A DNA stretch of 64,000 nt from an uncultured Acidobacteriota bacterium (GCA_913043225.1 CAJWLU010000003.1:176665-240664); one strand, 5' to 3'. Numbered from the stretch's first letter, positions 29,620 to 39,823 are shown. Notes: generated from the letters alone by a model not told the origin. Translations and numbers: made by a program.

Positions 29620-30668
29620 AGCTAACGACTATCCATCCGGCTCCGGGTGAGGTCTCGTTGTCGACCCGTCTCGTCAAACTCATCGAGGCATTCGCCACTC
29701 CGCGCATCACGGTGGTGGGCGATCTCATCGCCGACGAGTTCATCTACGGTCGTTTGGACCGGGTGTCGCGAGAGGCTCCGGTCCTTATCCTCCAGTACGA
29801 CTCCACGGAGGTCACTCCCGGCGGGGCTGGGAACGCGGCGCACAACGTGGCGGCCCTAGGCGGCCGGGCGGATCTGGTCGGACTTGTGGGGAACGACGAG
29901 ATGGGCCGGCGCCTGCGAGCCAGCTTTCCGCGACGGGTTGTCCGTCGTCGGCTGGTGCGGTCTCCTGGCTACCGAACTCCGACCAAGACCCGCATCCTCG
30001 CCGGTGGCATCCACTCGGCCAGGCAGCAGGTCGTGCGGATCGATCGAGCCAGCGTCGACATTACCCGCACGCTGCGTGATGCCGTGCGAGATCAGGCGAT
30101 GGCTGCGGCAGCCGAGAGTGATGCCGTCGTGATCTCCGACTACGGATCCGGCCTCATCACGCCCGCGCTGGTCGCCGCGGTGAAGCGGGCGCTGCCCCGA
30201 CGCGGGCGGCGGGCGGCGGCGCCGGTGTTGCTGGATTCCCGCTATGCGCTGCTCCGCTATCGGGGACTGTCGATTGCGGCGCCAAACGAATCTGAGGTCG
30301 AACAGCTGTTGGGGGTGACCATCGGTGATGACGGGCGCGCGCTCGAGCGCGCTGGCCGACAGATTCTTGCTCAGACGCGGATGCAGGCGATCCTGATTAC
30401 GCGCGGTAGTCGGGGGATGGCACTCTTCGAGCCGGATCGTCCTACCCAGCACATTCCCATCTACGGGAGCGACGAGGTGGCCGACGTGACGGGCGCGGGC
30501 GATACCGTGATCGCCACGATGGCCATGGCCATGAGTGTCGGCGCCTCCTGTGCAGAGGCGGCGCTGCTGGCCAACTATGCAGGCGGTCTGGTCGTCATGA
30601 AGCGGGGGACGGCCACGATCGACGCTAGTGAACTCCTGCAGGCGGTGACGACGGATCTGGCGCCATGA
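29616..30668 (+). CDS. Heptose-7-phosphate kinase (HldE kinase domain, PfkB family)
   Basis: RVSREAPV, PGGAGN, ISDYG.G, PNESE, DVTGAGDTV. Confidence 0.9.
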   Translation: MKLTTIHPAPGEVSLSTRLVKLIEAFATPRITVVGDLIADEFIYGRLDRVSREAPVLILQYDSTEVTPGGAGNAAHNVAALGGRADLVGLVGNDEMGRRLRASFPRRVVRRRLVRSPGYRTPTKTRILAGGIHSARQQVVRIDRASVDITRTLRDAVRDQAMAAAAESDAVVISDYGSGLITPALVAAVKRALPRRGRRAAAPVLLDSRYALLRYRGLSIAAPNESEVEQLLGVTIGDDGRALERAGRQILAQTRMQAILITRGSRGMALFEPDRPTQHIPIYGSDEVADVTGAGDTVIATMAMAMSVGASCAEAALLANYAGGLVVMKRGTATIDASELLQAVTTDLAP

Positions 30669-30682
30669 CCGGGAGGTAGTGA

Positions 30683-31168
30683 GTGGGCGAGGGCCGTGTG
30701 TTGACCGAGTCGGCGCTGGTCGAGCGGGTGGCCGCCGACCGCGCGCGGGGACGGACCTTCGTGTTCGCCAATGGCTGCTTCGATGTGCTACATGTCGGAC
30801 ATGTGCGCTACCTGACCGGGGCGGCGGTCGAGGGCGACCGGCTAATCGTCGCCGTGAACGACGACGCGTCAGTACGTGGACTCAAGGGGCCGAATCGGCC
30901 GGTGCAAGCGGCCGGGGATCGGGCGGCGCTGGTGGCCGCGCTGCGGGTGGTGGACTACGTCGTGGTGTTTTCGGACTCGGACGTCGAGCGCCTGTTGACT
31001 TTGTTGAAGCCGGAGGTGCACTGCAAGGGCTCGGACTACACGATCGACACGGTGCCTGAGCGCCAGGTGGTCCAGGGATATGGCGGACGGACCGTCATCG
31101 TTGGTGACAACAAGGACCACTCGACACGCGACGTCATTGCCCGGATCCTGTCGGGTAAGGGGGTCTAG
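30683..31168 (+). CDS. Heptose-1-phosphate adenylyltransferase (HldE domain II)
   Basis: ANGCFDVLHVGHVRYL, VNDDASV..LKG..RP, KGSDY. Confidence 0.92.
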   Translation: MGEGRVLTESALVERVAADRARGRTFVFANGCFDVLHVGHVRYLTGAAVEGDRLIVAVNDDASVRGLKGPNRPVQAAGDRAALVAALRVVDYVVVFSDSDVERLLTLLKPEVHCKGSDYTIDTVPERQVVQGYGGRTVIVGDNKDHSTRDVIARILSGKGV

Positions 31169-31199
31169 CTTGTAGCGCGGCGCGTTCGCACGACACTCC

Positions 31200-32216
31200 A
31201 TGCACGCGATCCTGATCGTTCGTCTCGGCGCCCTGGGCGACATCGTCCACACCTTGCCGATGACCGCCGCTCTCCGCGCCAGGTTCCCCGAGGCTCGCCT
31301 CGACTGGCTTGTGGATGAAAGATATCTCCCGCTGCTCGATCTGGTGCCCGTGATCGACCAGCGGGTCGCCTGGCGGTCTCGTTCCCGGTCCCTCCGCCAG
31401 CGAATTTCTGAGCTCAAGCGGATGTTGAGTGCCACCCCCTATGACGTGGCTCTCGATGCACAGGGCCTGATCAAGTCGGCGGTACTGGCCAGCGCGAGCG
31501 GCGCGTCTCGCGTGATCGGGTTCACGTCTGACGCACTGCGGGAGCCGCTGGCGAGTTGGTTCTACACCGAGACCCACCGACCGGACCTCTCGGGCCACGT
31601 CATCCAGAAGAACCTGGCGCTGGCCACCGCGCTGGAAGCATCGGCTGGCGACCCGCAGTTTCCGCTCGAGATTCCAGATACGCCCGAGGTTGCGCGCCTC
31701 CGTGCGCAGATCGATGGAGCGCCCTATGCCGTACTGAACCCTGGCGCCGCCTGGTCGAACAAGCGCTGGTCGCCGCAGCGCTTTGGTGAACTCGCGCAGT
31801 TGTTGGCCACTCGCCACGACATCAGGTCGGTCGTGACGTGGGGGCCAGACGATCGCGACCGGGCGTCCGCGGTGGTCGAAGCCGCCAGTGTGGCCGCCGT
31901 GCTGGCTCCCGCCACCGACATTGCGGCTCTGGCCGATGTTCTTCGGGGCGCTCGTCTCGTCGTGTCCGGCGATACTGGTCCGATGCACCTGGCGGCAGCG
32001 CTCGGGACACCGGTGGTGGCGTTGCATGGTCCAACCGATCCCACGCGCAATGGTCCATGGGATTCCGCCGACGTGGCCGCATCCCGCTACGAGGCCTGCC
32101 ACTGCCCGCAACGGCGGCGGTGCCGTCAGGCTGTGTCCTGTCTAGATGAACTCGCGACCGAGGCCGTCGCCGAAGCCGTTGCGACGCGATTAGGGGCAGG
32201 GGAGGCCGGACGGTGA
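31200..32216 (+). CDS. waaC: GT9 glycosyltransferase, probable heptosyltransferase I
   Basis: ILIVRLGALGDIVH, DAQGLIKSA, NPGAAW.NKRW, GDTGPMHLAAA. Confidence 0.8.
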   Translation: MHAILIVRLGALGDIVHTLPMTAALRARFPEARLDWLVDERYLPLLDLVPVIDQRVAWRSRSRSLRQRISELKRMLSATPYDVALDAQGLIKSAVLASASGASRVIGFTSDALREPLASWFYTETHRPDLSGHVIQKNLALATALEASAGDPQFPLEIPDTPEVARLRAQIDGAPYAVLNPGAAWSNKRWSPQRFGELAQLLATRHDIRSVVTWGPDDRDRASAVVEAASVAAVLAPATDIAALADVLRGARLVVSGDTGPMHLAAALGTPVVALHGPTDPTRNGPWDSADVAASRYEACHCPQRRRCRQAVSCLDELATEAVAEAVATRLGAGEAGR

Positions 32217-32782
32217 GGTTGCCCACCGCGCCCGAGGCCAGACCCGCGTCCGAAGTCACGCCGGTCGCCGTGTCGCCATGGCTGATCCGGGTGGCTCGGT
32301 TACGGGTAACCGGTGGGTTTCTAGTGGCGGTGCTCGCCTACTGGCTGGCTCAGCCCATCTGGCAGTCTCTACTTACCGGCGCGGTCGTCGCCCTTGTGGG
32401 GGAGGGAGTCCGCTTCTGGGCCGCCGGACATCTGGAGAAGGCGACGGAGGTGACGGTGTCGGGGCCGTACCGTTGGACACGCCACCCGCTCTATGTCGGG
32501 TCGTCGATTATGGGCCTCGGGGTGGCCGTGACCTCACGGGCGCCACTGGTGGCCGTGCTTGTCACGGCCTATCTGGTCGTCTCGCTCGGCGTGGCGGCGC
32601 GCCTCGAGGAAGCGACGCTTAGGGCGAAGTTCCCTGGCGACTATAAACGCTACGCTGAGGGCACCGTCCGCGACGATCGAAGTTTCTCTCTCGCCCGTGC
32701 TCGGCGGAACGGTGAGGTCCAGACCTTGCTCGGGTTGCTCGCAGCGCTGGCGTTGCTGGCGCTCAAGATCCCTTGCATTTGA
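32213..32782 (+). CDS. Isoprenylcysteine carboxyl methyltransferase/PEMT family membrane protein
   Basis: GEGVRFWAAGHL, GPYRWTRHPLYVGS, EE..L...F...Y..Y. Confidence 0.8.
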   Translation: MRLPTAPEARPASEVTPVAVSPWLIRVARLRVTGGFLVAVLAYWLAQPIWQSLLTGAVVALVGEGVRFWAAGHLEKATEVTVSGPYRWTRHPLYVGSSIMGLGVAVTSRAPLVAVLVTAYLVVSLGVAARLEEATLRAKFPGDYKRYAEGTVRDDRSFSLARARRNGEVQTLLGLLAALALLALKIPCI

Positions 32783-32809
32783 CCGCGGCCCCGAGGGCGA
32801 CGGTATAAT
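32779..32809 (+). promoter_or_regulatory. Putative tRNA operon promoter
   Basis: TTGACC-N19-TATAAT; spacer is long, -10 is perfect. Confidence 0.5.
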
Positions 32810-32848
32810 TGCCTGTTTGGTGTGGTCGCGGGACACGGGTCCTAAGCC

Positions 32849-32924
32849 GGGCGGTTAGCTCAGCTGGTAGAGCACCGGCTTTACACGCCGGGTGTCACAG
32901 GTTCGAGTCCTGTACCGCCCACCA
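32849..32924 (+). tRNA. tRNA-Val(TAC)
   Basis: Cloverleaf with CCGGC-TTTACAC-GCCGG anticodon arm, GGTTCGAGTCC, encoded CCA. Confidence 0.97.
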
Positions 32925-32984
32925 TCATGCACCAAGGCGGTGGGGCATCGAAGCGACCGCCGAACACTTCGTCAACTACGATGC

Positions 32985-33061
32985 GGGGTCGTAGTTCAGT
33001 TGGTCAGAACGCCGGCCTGTCACGCCGGAGGTCGCGAGTTCGAGTCTCGTCGGCCCCGCCA
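32985..33061 (+). tRNA. tRNA-Asp(GTC)
   Basis: CCGGC-CTGTCAC-GCCGG anticodon arm, GTTCGAGTC, discriminator G plus CCA. Confidence 0.97.
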
Positions 33062-33073
33062 TTACTCTTACGG

Positions 33074-33116
33074 AGCCCGTCGCTCGGGGATGCCCCGGGA
33101 GGCGGGTTTTTCGTTT
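33074..33116 (+). terminator. Rho-independent terminator after the tRNA pair
   Basis: GC-rich hairpin GCCCGTC..CTCGGGG/CCCCGGG..GGCGGGT followed by TTTTCGTTT. Confidence 0.75.
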
Positions 33117-33149
33117 CCTGCACCTCCTTATCTTTGATGGTTCGACGCC

Positions 33150-33446
33150 GTGAGTGACCAGGATCCTAAAGACGGCCCGCGCCTTGATGCCGACCTGCGC
33201 GGTGGAACCTATCGCGGCTGGGCTCGAGTCGGCGTGTGCCTGATGGGATTGTCTCTGGCTCTCTGGGTGGCGCTGCCGGTGGTTCCCTTCCTGCCCTTGT
33301 CTACAGCACAGAAGGGTGGGGTGGCTACGGGTCTCATCGTCGTGGCCGAAATTGCCTTTTGGGGAGGGGCAGTGATGGCCGGGCCGACGGCGGCGCGGCG
33401 GATGCGGTCTTGGTGGCGGTCGTCGTCCAAGGTCGATTCGAACTGA
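33150..33446 (+). CDS. Small two-TM protein (transporter suffix domain-like)
   Basis: VVPFLPLS..K....L.VVAEIAFWGG...AG pattern. Confidence 0.6.
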   Translation: MSDQDPKDGPRLDADLRGGTYRGWARVGVCLMGLSLALWVALPVVPFLPLSTAQKGGVATGLIVVAEIAFWGGAVMAGPTAARRMRSWWRSSSKVDSN

Positions 33447-33530
33447 ACCACTGCTCGCTGGAGGCGCTCCGGGCTCGTGGGCCGCCGATGCCCCCAGACC
33501 CAATCTGCCGAGCATAGTAGGATGGCTCCG

Positions 33531-34556
33531 ATGGGGTTCACGTCCATCCGAGGCCACCAGGCTGTGCGCCGCTTGCTGCAGCGGGCCGTGACCCATGATC
33601 GTCTCCCGCCCTGCTTGCTCTTCACCGGTCCGGGCGGGGTCGGGAAACGGCTGACGGCCGTGACCCTGGCAGCTCGCATCAACTGCGAGTCGAGATTCGA
33701 TCGGGAGAATGAGTCGGCGGAGGCCTGCGGGGCCTGTGGTGCCTGCGAGCGAATCGGGCGTGGCGTGCACCCCGACGTGATTCTGATCGCTCCAGAAGAG
33801 GCCGGGGCCATCAAGGTCGACACCATCCGTGCTGCGGTTGCCCAGGCGGGCTATCGACCTTTCGAGGGTCGGCGTCGCGTGGTCATCATCGACGAGGCGG
33901 ACCGTATGGTGGACCAGGCGCAGAATGCGTTGCTGAAGACCCTCGAGGAGCCACCGTCTGGGTCGATGTTCTTGCTGGTCACGGCACGTCCGCACCAGCT
34001 ACTCGCGACGATCCGGTCTCGGTGTCCCGCGCTCAGGTTCGGTGGCGTGCCGGTCGATGACATCGTCGACCTGCTGGTCACCGAGCATGGGATTACCCGC
34101 GCGGCGGCGCGGGCGGCCGCCGTGGCGTCTGATGGCAGCGTTAGTGTGGCGCTCGAGGCCGAGTCGGATGAGTATCTCGAGGCGCGCGACAGCGCGGCTG
34201 CTGCGCTCCAGGCGCTGGCCTGTGCCCGGGACCCGAAACAGCGGCTCGAAACGGCCAAGACGCTGGTCCCAGAGCGGCGGGGTAAGAAATCGAGTCCGGC
34301 TGCGGATCGTGAGACACTGAGACGTCGGCTGCGGGCCATGGCCGCGTTGCTCCGGGACCTGCAACTCGTCGCCGCCGAAGGCGCATCGTCAGGTCTCGCT
34401 CACGCCGACCTCGAGTCGGACATGCGTGCGCTGGCTCGCGGGTTCGACGCAGCCAGGTCCCGGCAAGGGTTCGCGACGGTCGATCGAGCCTTGAACGCGC
34501 TGTCTCGAAACGCCAGTCCGAAAGTGGTCGTGGACTGGTTGGCCCTGCGTTTGTGA
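33531..34556 (+). CDS. holB: DNA polymerase III subunit delta'
   Basis: GPGGVGK, Zn site C...CGACGAC, HPDV, IIDEAD, AQNALLKTLEEP, TIRSRC. Confidence 0.95.
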   Translation: MGFTSIRGHQAVRRLLQRAVTHDRLPPCLLFTGPGGVGKRLTAVTLAARINCESRFDRENESAEACGACGACERIGRGVHPDVILIAPEEAGAIKVDTIRAAVAQAGYRPFEGRRRVVIIDEADRMVDQAQNALLKTLEEPPSGSMFLLVTARPHQLLATIRSRCPALRFGGVPVDDIVDLLVTEHGITRAAARAAAVASDGSVSVALEAESDEYLEARDSAAAALQALACARDPKQRLETAKTLVPERRGKKSSPAADRETLRRRLRAMAALLRDLQLVAAEGASSGLAHADLESDMRALARGFDAARSRQGFATVDRALNALSRNASPKVVVDWLALRL

Positions 34557-34563
34557 GAGTACC

Positions 34564-35355
34564 GTGGAGACCTCTGCCTCGCCATCCACCACGCCACGCT
34601 ATGTCAGCGTCAAATTTGACGCGGTGGGACGGACCCATTCGTTTCTCTTGCCGGAAGTGGACTTCGAGCCACGGTTGATTCCGGGTGAGGCCGTCGTCGT
34701 CCAGAGGGGTGAGCGCCTGGCCTACGCCGCCGTGGCCAAGACGATACCGGCGCTGGCCGAGCGGAAGGCGCCTAGGGGCGACCACTCCCCGACGGTGCTG
34801 CGCCGGGCCACGCGCGACGACGTGCTCAAGCGCTTTCGCCACGAACAGCGAGAACGTGAGGCGCACCGGCTGTGTAGTCTCAAGATTCGCGAGCATGGTC
34901 TGCAGATGAAGCTGGTCAAGGTCGAGCAGCGCTTCGATGGGTCGAAGCTGCTGTTCTTCTTCACGGCCGAGGGCCGGGTTGACTTCCGCAACCTGGTTCG
35001 GGAGCTCGCCGGCGAGTTCCGGGTGCGTATCGAGATGCGTCAGATCGGCTCCCGAGATGAGGCGAAGGTCATCGGGGGATACGGGACCTGCGGCCGACCG
35101 TTGTGCTGTACCACGTGGCTGCCATCTTTCGAGCCCATCTCAATCAAGATGGCCAAGCGCCAGAATCTCAGCCTGAATCCGTCCCGCCTCTCGGGCGCCT
35201 GCGGCCGGCTCAAGTGCTGTCTGCGTTTCGAGCTTCCGAACGCCAAAGGCGAGCAGCACGCCGGGTGTGCTCATGAACGGAGTTGTTCCAACGCAGCCGG
35301 TGGCTGCGGAGGATGCGACGGAGGCTGTGGCCCTGGCGGGTGTGGCAGCGGCTAG
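34564..35355 (+). CDS. ricT: PSP1-domain Fe-S protein RicT/YaaT
   Basis: FFFTAEGRVDFR.LV, RIEMRQIG.RDE, CGRPLCC, SGACGRLKCCL; follows holB. Confidence 0.9.
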   Translation: METSASPSTTPRYVSVKFDAVGRTHSFLLPEVDFEPRLIPGEAVVVQRGERLAYAAVAKTIPALAERKAPRGDHSPTVLRRATRDDVLKRFRHEQREREAHRLCSLKIREHGLQMKLVKVEQRFDGSKLLFFFTAEGRVDFRNLVRELAGEFRVRIEMRQIGSRDEAKVIGGYGTCGRPLCCTTWLPSFEPISIKMAKRQNLSLNPSRLSGACGRLKCCLRFELPNAKGEQHAGCAHERSCSNAAGGCGGCDGGCGPGGCGSG

Positions 35356-35387
35356 CGGCCGCCCGTCCGCGAGTTCCCTCGATTTCG

Positions 35388-36314
35388 ATGACCCGTTCGT
35401 TGCGTCCGCGCGTCGGCGTGACCGTCGGTGACCCCGCCGGCATCGGTCCTGAGATCGCGCTCAAGGCGGTCGAAGATGCCCAGGTGCGCGCGGTGTGCGA
35501 ACCGGTGCTTTACGGACCATCGACGGCGGACGAACTGGCCGCCTACGCGCCAGGGCAGATCACGGCCGCGGCGGGCCGGGTCTCTTATGACGCTGTCGGG
35601 CGGGCGGTGGCCGACGCGATGGCAGGTCGTCTGGATGGGCTGACCACCGGTCCGATCCACAAGGAAGCCTGGGCGCTCGCAGGGTTCAAGTGGCGCGGCC
35701 ACACCGAACTGTTGGCCCACTTGACCGGTACCGAGCACGTGGCCATGCTGTTCGAGGCGCCGCGCCTTCGCGTTGTGCTGCTGACGGTGCACGTGCCGCT
35801 GGCCGAGGTTTCTGGTCTACTGACCCGTGAGCGGGTCGATCGAGTACTGGCACTGATCGCCGACGAGTTGCCGGCCTTCGGCGTCTCGCACCCCCGCCTG
35901 GCTGTCGCCGGTTTGAACCCGCATGCTGGTGAAGGGGGCCTCTTAGGGGACGAGGATAGGTCTGTGCTCACGCCAGCAATTTTGGCCGCCCGCGAACGTG
36001 GTGTGGATGTCACCGGGCCGCTCCCGGCTGATACGGTGTTTCGTCAGGCAGTCGAGGGACGCTACGACGTCGTGGTGGCCTGCTATCACGACCAGGGGTT
36101 GATTCCGGTCAAGCTGGCCGCGTTCGGCGAGGCCGTCAACGTGACGCTCGGTCTCCCGATCGTCAGGACGTCGGTCGACCATGGGACTGCGTTCGACATC
36201 GCGCGTCAGGGTGTCGCCGATGCCGGAAGCCTGGTTCGGGCAGTCGTGCTCGCGGCTCGGCTCGCCCGATCGCGTCGCACCGGCCTCGACCGCCCGGCGA
36301 TGGGTACGTTATGA
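35388..36314 (+). CDS. pdxA: 4-hydroxythreonine-4-phosphate dehydrogenase (PdxA family)
   Basis: GDPAGIGPE, GHTELL, GLNPHAGEGG, YHDQGLIP, RTSVDHGTAFDIA. Confidence 0.92.
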   Translation: MTRSLRPRVGVTVGDPAGIGPEIALKAVEDAQVRAVCEPVLYGPSTADELAAYAPGQITAAAGRVSYDAVGRAVADAMAGRLDGLTTGPIHKEAWALAGFKWRGHTELLAHLTGTEHVAMLFEAPRLRVVLLTVHVPLAEVSGLLTRERVDRVLALIADELPAFGVSHPRLAVAGLNPHAGEGGLLGDEDRSVLTPAILAARERGVDVTGPLPADTVFRQAVEGRYDVVVACYHDQGLIPVKLAAFGEAVNVTLGLPIVRTSVDHGTAFDIARQGVADAGSLVRAVVLAARLARSRRTGLDRPAMGTL

Positions 36315-36796
36315 CGAGCCACGTTCCGGTCACCGAGACGCTCATTACCGACAACCGGAAGGCGCGCCACGACTACCACCTACTGGAGAGTTTCGAGGCA
36401 GGGATTGTGCTGCTTGGCACCGAGGTGAAGGCGATCCGCGAAGGGCGGGTCAACCTTCGAGACAGTTACGGGCGCCTCGAGGATGGCGAGGTCTATCTCC
36501 ACAATATTCACATCAGTCCCTACAGTCATCGCGGCTATGCCACACACGAGCCGCTGCGTCGGCGGAAGCTCCTGCTGCACAAGCGCGAGATCCGCAAGCT
36601 GATTGGAAAGGTCGTGGAGCGGGGGATGACGCTGGTGCCTACCCGCATGTATTTCGCACGAGGGCTGGTGAAGGTGACCGTAAGTCTGGCCAAGGGGAAG
36701 CGTACGTACGACAAGCGGGAGACGGTCCGGCGGCGCGAGGCCGACCGCGAGGCGCGCGCAGCAATCAAAGAACGCGCAGCAATCGAAGAACGATGA
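36311..36796 (+). CDS. smpB: SsrA-binding protein
   Basis: NRKARHDY, EAGIVL.GTEVK, RKLLLHKREI, KGK..YDKR. Confidence 0.97.
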   Translation: MTSHVPVTETLITDNRKARHDYHLLESFEAGIVLLGTEVKAIREGRVNLRDSYGRLEDGEVYLHNIHISPYSHRGYATHEPLRRRKLLLHKREIRKLIGKVVERGMTLVPTRMYFARGLVKVTVSLAKGKRTYDKRETVRRREADREARAAIKERAAIEER

Positions 36797-37665
36797 GAAC
36801 GCTTGTCACCGGGGCGGCCGGACAGTTGGGACGTGAGGTCACGAGGCGTTTCGCCCAGTACGGACCGGTGGTTGCTCTTCGCCGAGACGGTCTGGACATC
36901 ACCGATCACGAGGCCGTGCTGACTGCCGTTGGCGAGGCGGCGCCGGATGTTATTCTGAACTGCGCCGCCTACAACAAAGTCGACGGGGCAGAGGACGATC
37001 CTGTGACGGCGATGCGGGTGAACGCCTTCGCGGTGCGGTCCCTGGCGACTGCAGCCCGTGAGCGCGATGCGGTCTTCGTTCACTATGGCACCGACTTCGT
37101 CTTCGACGGCGACGCGAGCGAGCCCTATACCGAGTCGGTGGCGCCCGGTCCGCAGAGCGTGTACGCCACGTCAAAGTTGCTGGGAGAGTGGTTCGCGGCA
37201 GGTGCGCCCCGGCACTATATCCTCCGTGTCGAGAGTCTCTTCGGTGGAGGGGCCGAGCGCACCGACCCCGGTGATCGGCCGCTGGGTAGCACGCTCGACC
37301 GCATGGTAGACGCGCTCGAAGCGGACCGTCCCATCAGCGGGTTTACCGATCGGATCGTCTCCCCGAGCTATGTGCCTGACGTCGCTGCCGCCACCGCGGT
37401 GCTCGTGACTACGTCGTCGGCGCCTGGACTGTATCACTGTGTCAACACCGGGTACGCCAGCTGGTATGACCTCGCGCTGGCCGCAGCCCGGCGCCTGGGG
37501 AGAGAGGCCCTGCTGTCACCCATTACCATGGCTGAGGTCAACACGCCGGCTGCACGTCCACGCTACTGCGCACTCTCGAACGACAAGATCCTCGGCGCCG
37601 GGGCGGTCATGCCCCGGTGGGAAGACGCGCTCGAGCGCTACCTTGAAGCGAGGCAGGCCTCCTGA
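36793..37665 (+). CDS. rfbD: dTDP-4-dehydrorhamnose reductase
   Basis: LVTGAAGQLG, NCAAYNKVD.AE, TDFVFDG, Y..SKL.GE, A.RP....LS. Confidence 0.88.
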   Translation: MRTLVTGAAGQLGREVTRRFAQYGPVVALRRDGLDITDHEAVLTAVGEAAPDVILNCAAYNKVDGAEDDPVTAMRVNAFAVRSLATAARERDAVFVHYGTDFVFDGDASEPYTESVAPGPQSVYATSKLLGEWFAAGAPRHYILRVESLFGGGAERTDPGDRPLGSTLDRMVDALEADRPISGFTDRIVSPSYVPDVAAATAVLVTTSSAPGLYHCVNTGYASWYDLALAAARRLGREALLSPITMAEVNTPAARPRYCALSNDKILGAGAVMPRWEDALERYLEARQAS

Positions 37666-37669
37666 TGCC

Positions 37670-38311
37670 ATGACGCCAACGATGGCGCCCGCGGCGGCGC
37701 TTGCCAGACTGCAAGCGGGGAACCGACGGTTCACGGCGGATCCCGAGCGCCGGGGGGCGCCAGGCGGGTCGTGGCTCCAGCGCGCGGGGACTCAAGCGCC
37801 GTTCGCCGCGGTGCTCGGCTGTGCCGACTCTCGGGTGCCGGTGGAACGGGTGTTCGACCAGGGTTTCGGCGAGTTGTTCGTCGTTCGGGTGGCTGGCAAT
37901 ATCGCTGGTCCCACTCAGGTCGGTTCGGTCGAGTATGGGGTGCGGCATCTTGGCATCCGCTTGGTGGTGGTGCTCGGTCACTCCGGGTGTGGCGCGGTCG
38001 ACGCCACCGTGGCGACGCTTGACTACGTACCTGCGCCGTTGTCGTCTGATTTTGTGTCCATCGTGGACGAGATCCGTCCCGCCGCCGTGGCCGCCCAGGA
38101 GGCCGTTCCCAAGGCCACCCGCGAGGAGTTGGTTCGTATCGTCGTTCGACGGAACGCGGAGGCGGCGGCCGCGCGGCTCCGAGTGGCGGCAGGACTCGAA
38201 CCGTTGGTGTCGGCAGGGCAGGTTCTAGTGACCCCGGCCGAATACTCGCTTGAGACCGGGGTCGTGGAGTTTTCTCCGCCTCCGCTCTTGGATAGCCGGC
38301 ATCCTCACTAG
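37670..38311 (+). CDS. Beta-class carbonic anhydrase
   Basis: LGCADSRVP, VRVAGN, LGHSGCGAV. Confidence 0.93.
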   Translation: MTPTMAPAAALARLQAGNRRFTADPERRGAPGGSWLQRAGTQAPFAAVLGCADSRVPVERVFDQGFGELFVVRVAGNIAGPTQVGSVEYGVRHLGIRLVVVLGHSGCGAVDATVATLDYVPAPLSSDFVSIVDEIRPAAVAAQEAVPKATREELVRIVVRRNAEAAAARLRVAAGLEPLVSAGQVLVTPAEYSLETGVVEFSPPPLLDSRHPH

Positions 38312-38523
38312 TCCAGCGCACTGAGTGGACTTAGGCTGATCGATTAGGGCACAAGGATCTACTGTTTCAGGAGTAAGGTTTCGGCAGGAAGGGCTCTTTC
38401 ACTATGGAGCCACCCAACACTGTCACGACGAATGGGCTAACTCGCTGCTTTTCGCAGGTTCTTGGGCTTCGCTGATGGTCCAGTCTCGTGGAGAAGCTGC
38501 GTTTCGCAGGAGATAGTATCGTT

Positions 38524-39702
38524 CTATTCCTTACCATCCGTTGGGAAGAAGACGTGGTGGCGCTCCTCCTGCGGTGAGTGCCTGTCGGGCCCGGCCGCGA
38601 CATCGTCCAGCACCTCGTCCGCCAGCATTCCTACTCGTCGAGCGATCGCGAGGCAGGCCGTTAGGCCAGGCGAGTCGATGCCGGCGGCCTGGATGAGTCG
38701 AGGCTGGTGCGGGTCCAGCCCGATCAAGAAGTCCGAGAACGCTCCAGGATCTTCGCTGAGCTTCGCCCGGATCCCGGTGCTACCAATTCGCAGATCGCCT
38801 GGCCTGACCTCGGGCAGTAACTGGCGCGTCGATTCCACGAACGCCTCCACCGGAAGCCGGTCTCGCTCGTGATCCTGCTTGTCGTCCTGGTAGTGGATGG
38901 TGGGTCCTATTGTGACCCCGCCCCAGGTGGTCGGCGTGACATGGATTCCCAGATGTTCGCCCGTGGGCGCCGGCATCGGGTAGACCGGGCGGGACACCAG
39001 CTGTTGGCTGGGGCCGATCAGCTCGGCGTATTCGCCGCGGCAGGGGTAGATGCGGAAGCGCTGGCCCCCCAGCATCTCCGAGACGACGTCGGCGTCAAGT
39101 CCCGCCGCGTTCACGACCGCCCGGGCGGCGATCCGTTCAGCCGTGGTCCGTACCTCGATCCGCTCGCTTCCCGGTTTGGCCTCGAGCAGTTCGCTGGCCG
39201 GCAGCAGCGCTGCATCGACGCGCTCGGCCGCGTCCCGCAGTGCACGTACTAGCGCTTCTGCCTCGACAATACCGGTTGACGGTGACCACAGCGCGGCCGA
39301 GCCGCGCACGTGGGGCTCGAGCCGCTTGAGGCCGGCCTCGTCCAGGAGCGCGAGATCCTCGACACCGTTGGCCCGGGCCCGAGCCTGGAGGGTTTCCAGG
39401 CTGGCGATGTCATCATCCGGGCCGGCGACAATGAGCTTGCCGCAGCGGCGATGTGGTACTTCGTATCGTGCGCAGAAACGATAGAGCGCCTCCTTGCCCT
39501 CGACAGAGAGAGCCGCCTTTAGCGAGCCCGGCGGGTAGTAGATGCCGGCGTGGATGACCCCGCTGTTGTGGGTGCTTGTCTCGATGCCGAAACGCGGGTG
39601 TCGTTCCAGGAGGCAGACCGTGCGGCCCGGGCGTGCGGCGGCCGACGCGCAGGCGAGCCCCACCACGCCCCCTCCGACAATGAGCAGATCAATCTCTTCC
39701 AT
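38524..39702 (-). CDS. FAD-dependent oxidoreductase, L-2-hydroxyglutarate oxidase-like
   Basis: GGGVVGLA, TSTHNSGVIHAGIYY, CGKLIVA, GIDSPGLTA. Confidence 0.85.
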   Translation of the reverse strand: MEEIDLLIVGGGVVGLACASAAARPGRTVCLLERHPRFGIETSTHNSGVIHAGIYYPPGSLKAALSVEGKEALYRFCARYEVPHRRCGKLIVAGPDDDIASLETLQARARANGVEDLALLDEAGLKRLEPHVRGSAALWSPSTGIVEAEALVRALRDAAERVDAALLPASELLEAKPGSERIEVRTTAERIAARAVVNAAGLDADVVSEMLGGQRFRIYPCRGEYAELIGPSQQLVSRPVYPMPAPTGEHLGIHVTPTTWGGVTIGPTIHYQDDKQDHERDRLPVEAFVESTRQLLPEVRPGDLRIGSTGIRAKLSEDPGAFSDFLIGLDPHQPRLIQAAGIDSPGLTACLAIARRVGMLADEVLDDVAAGPDRHSPQEERHHVFFPTDGKE

Positions 39703-39823
39703 GGTGTGCGGGACGCGGGATCCCAGGTTTCACTAGGGGTGGCGGGGTGCGCCACGGTGAGGACACTACCATGGGCGCGTGCTATATTCCTCGGCTTGGG
39801 CTGCCGCCCGTTGCTGTCGCTTT

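Noticed and set aside
38312..38523. Lower-GC spacer between convergent genes as an insertion scar
   Set aside because: No terminal repeats, target duplication or credible ORF
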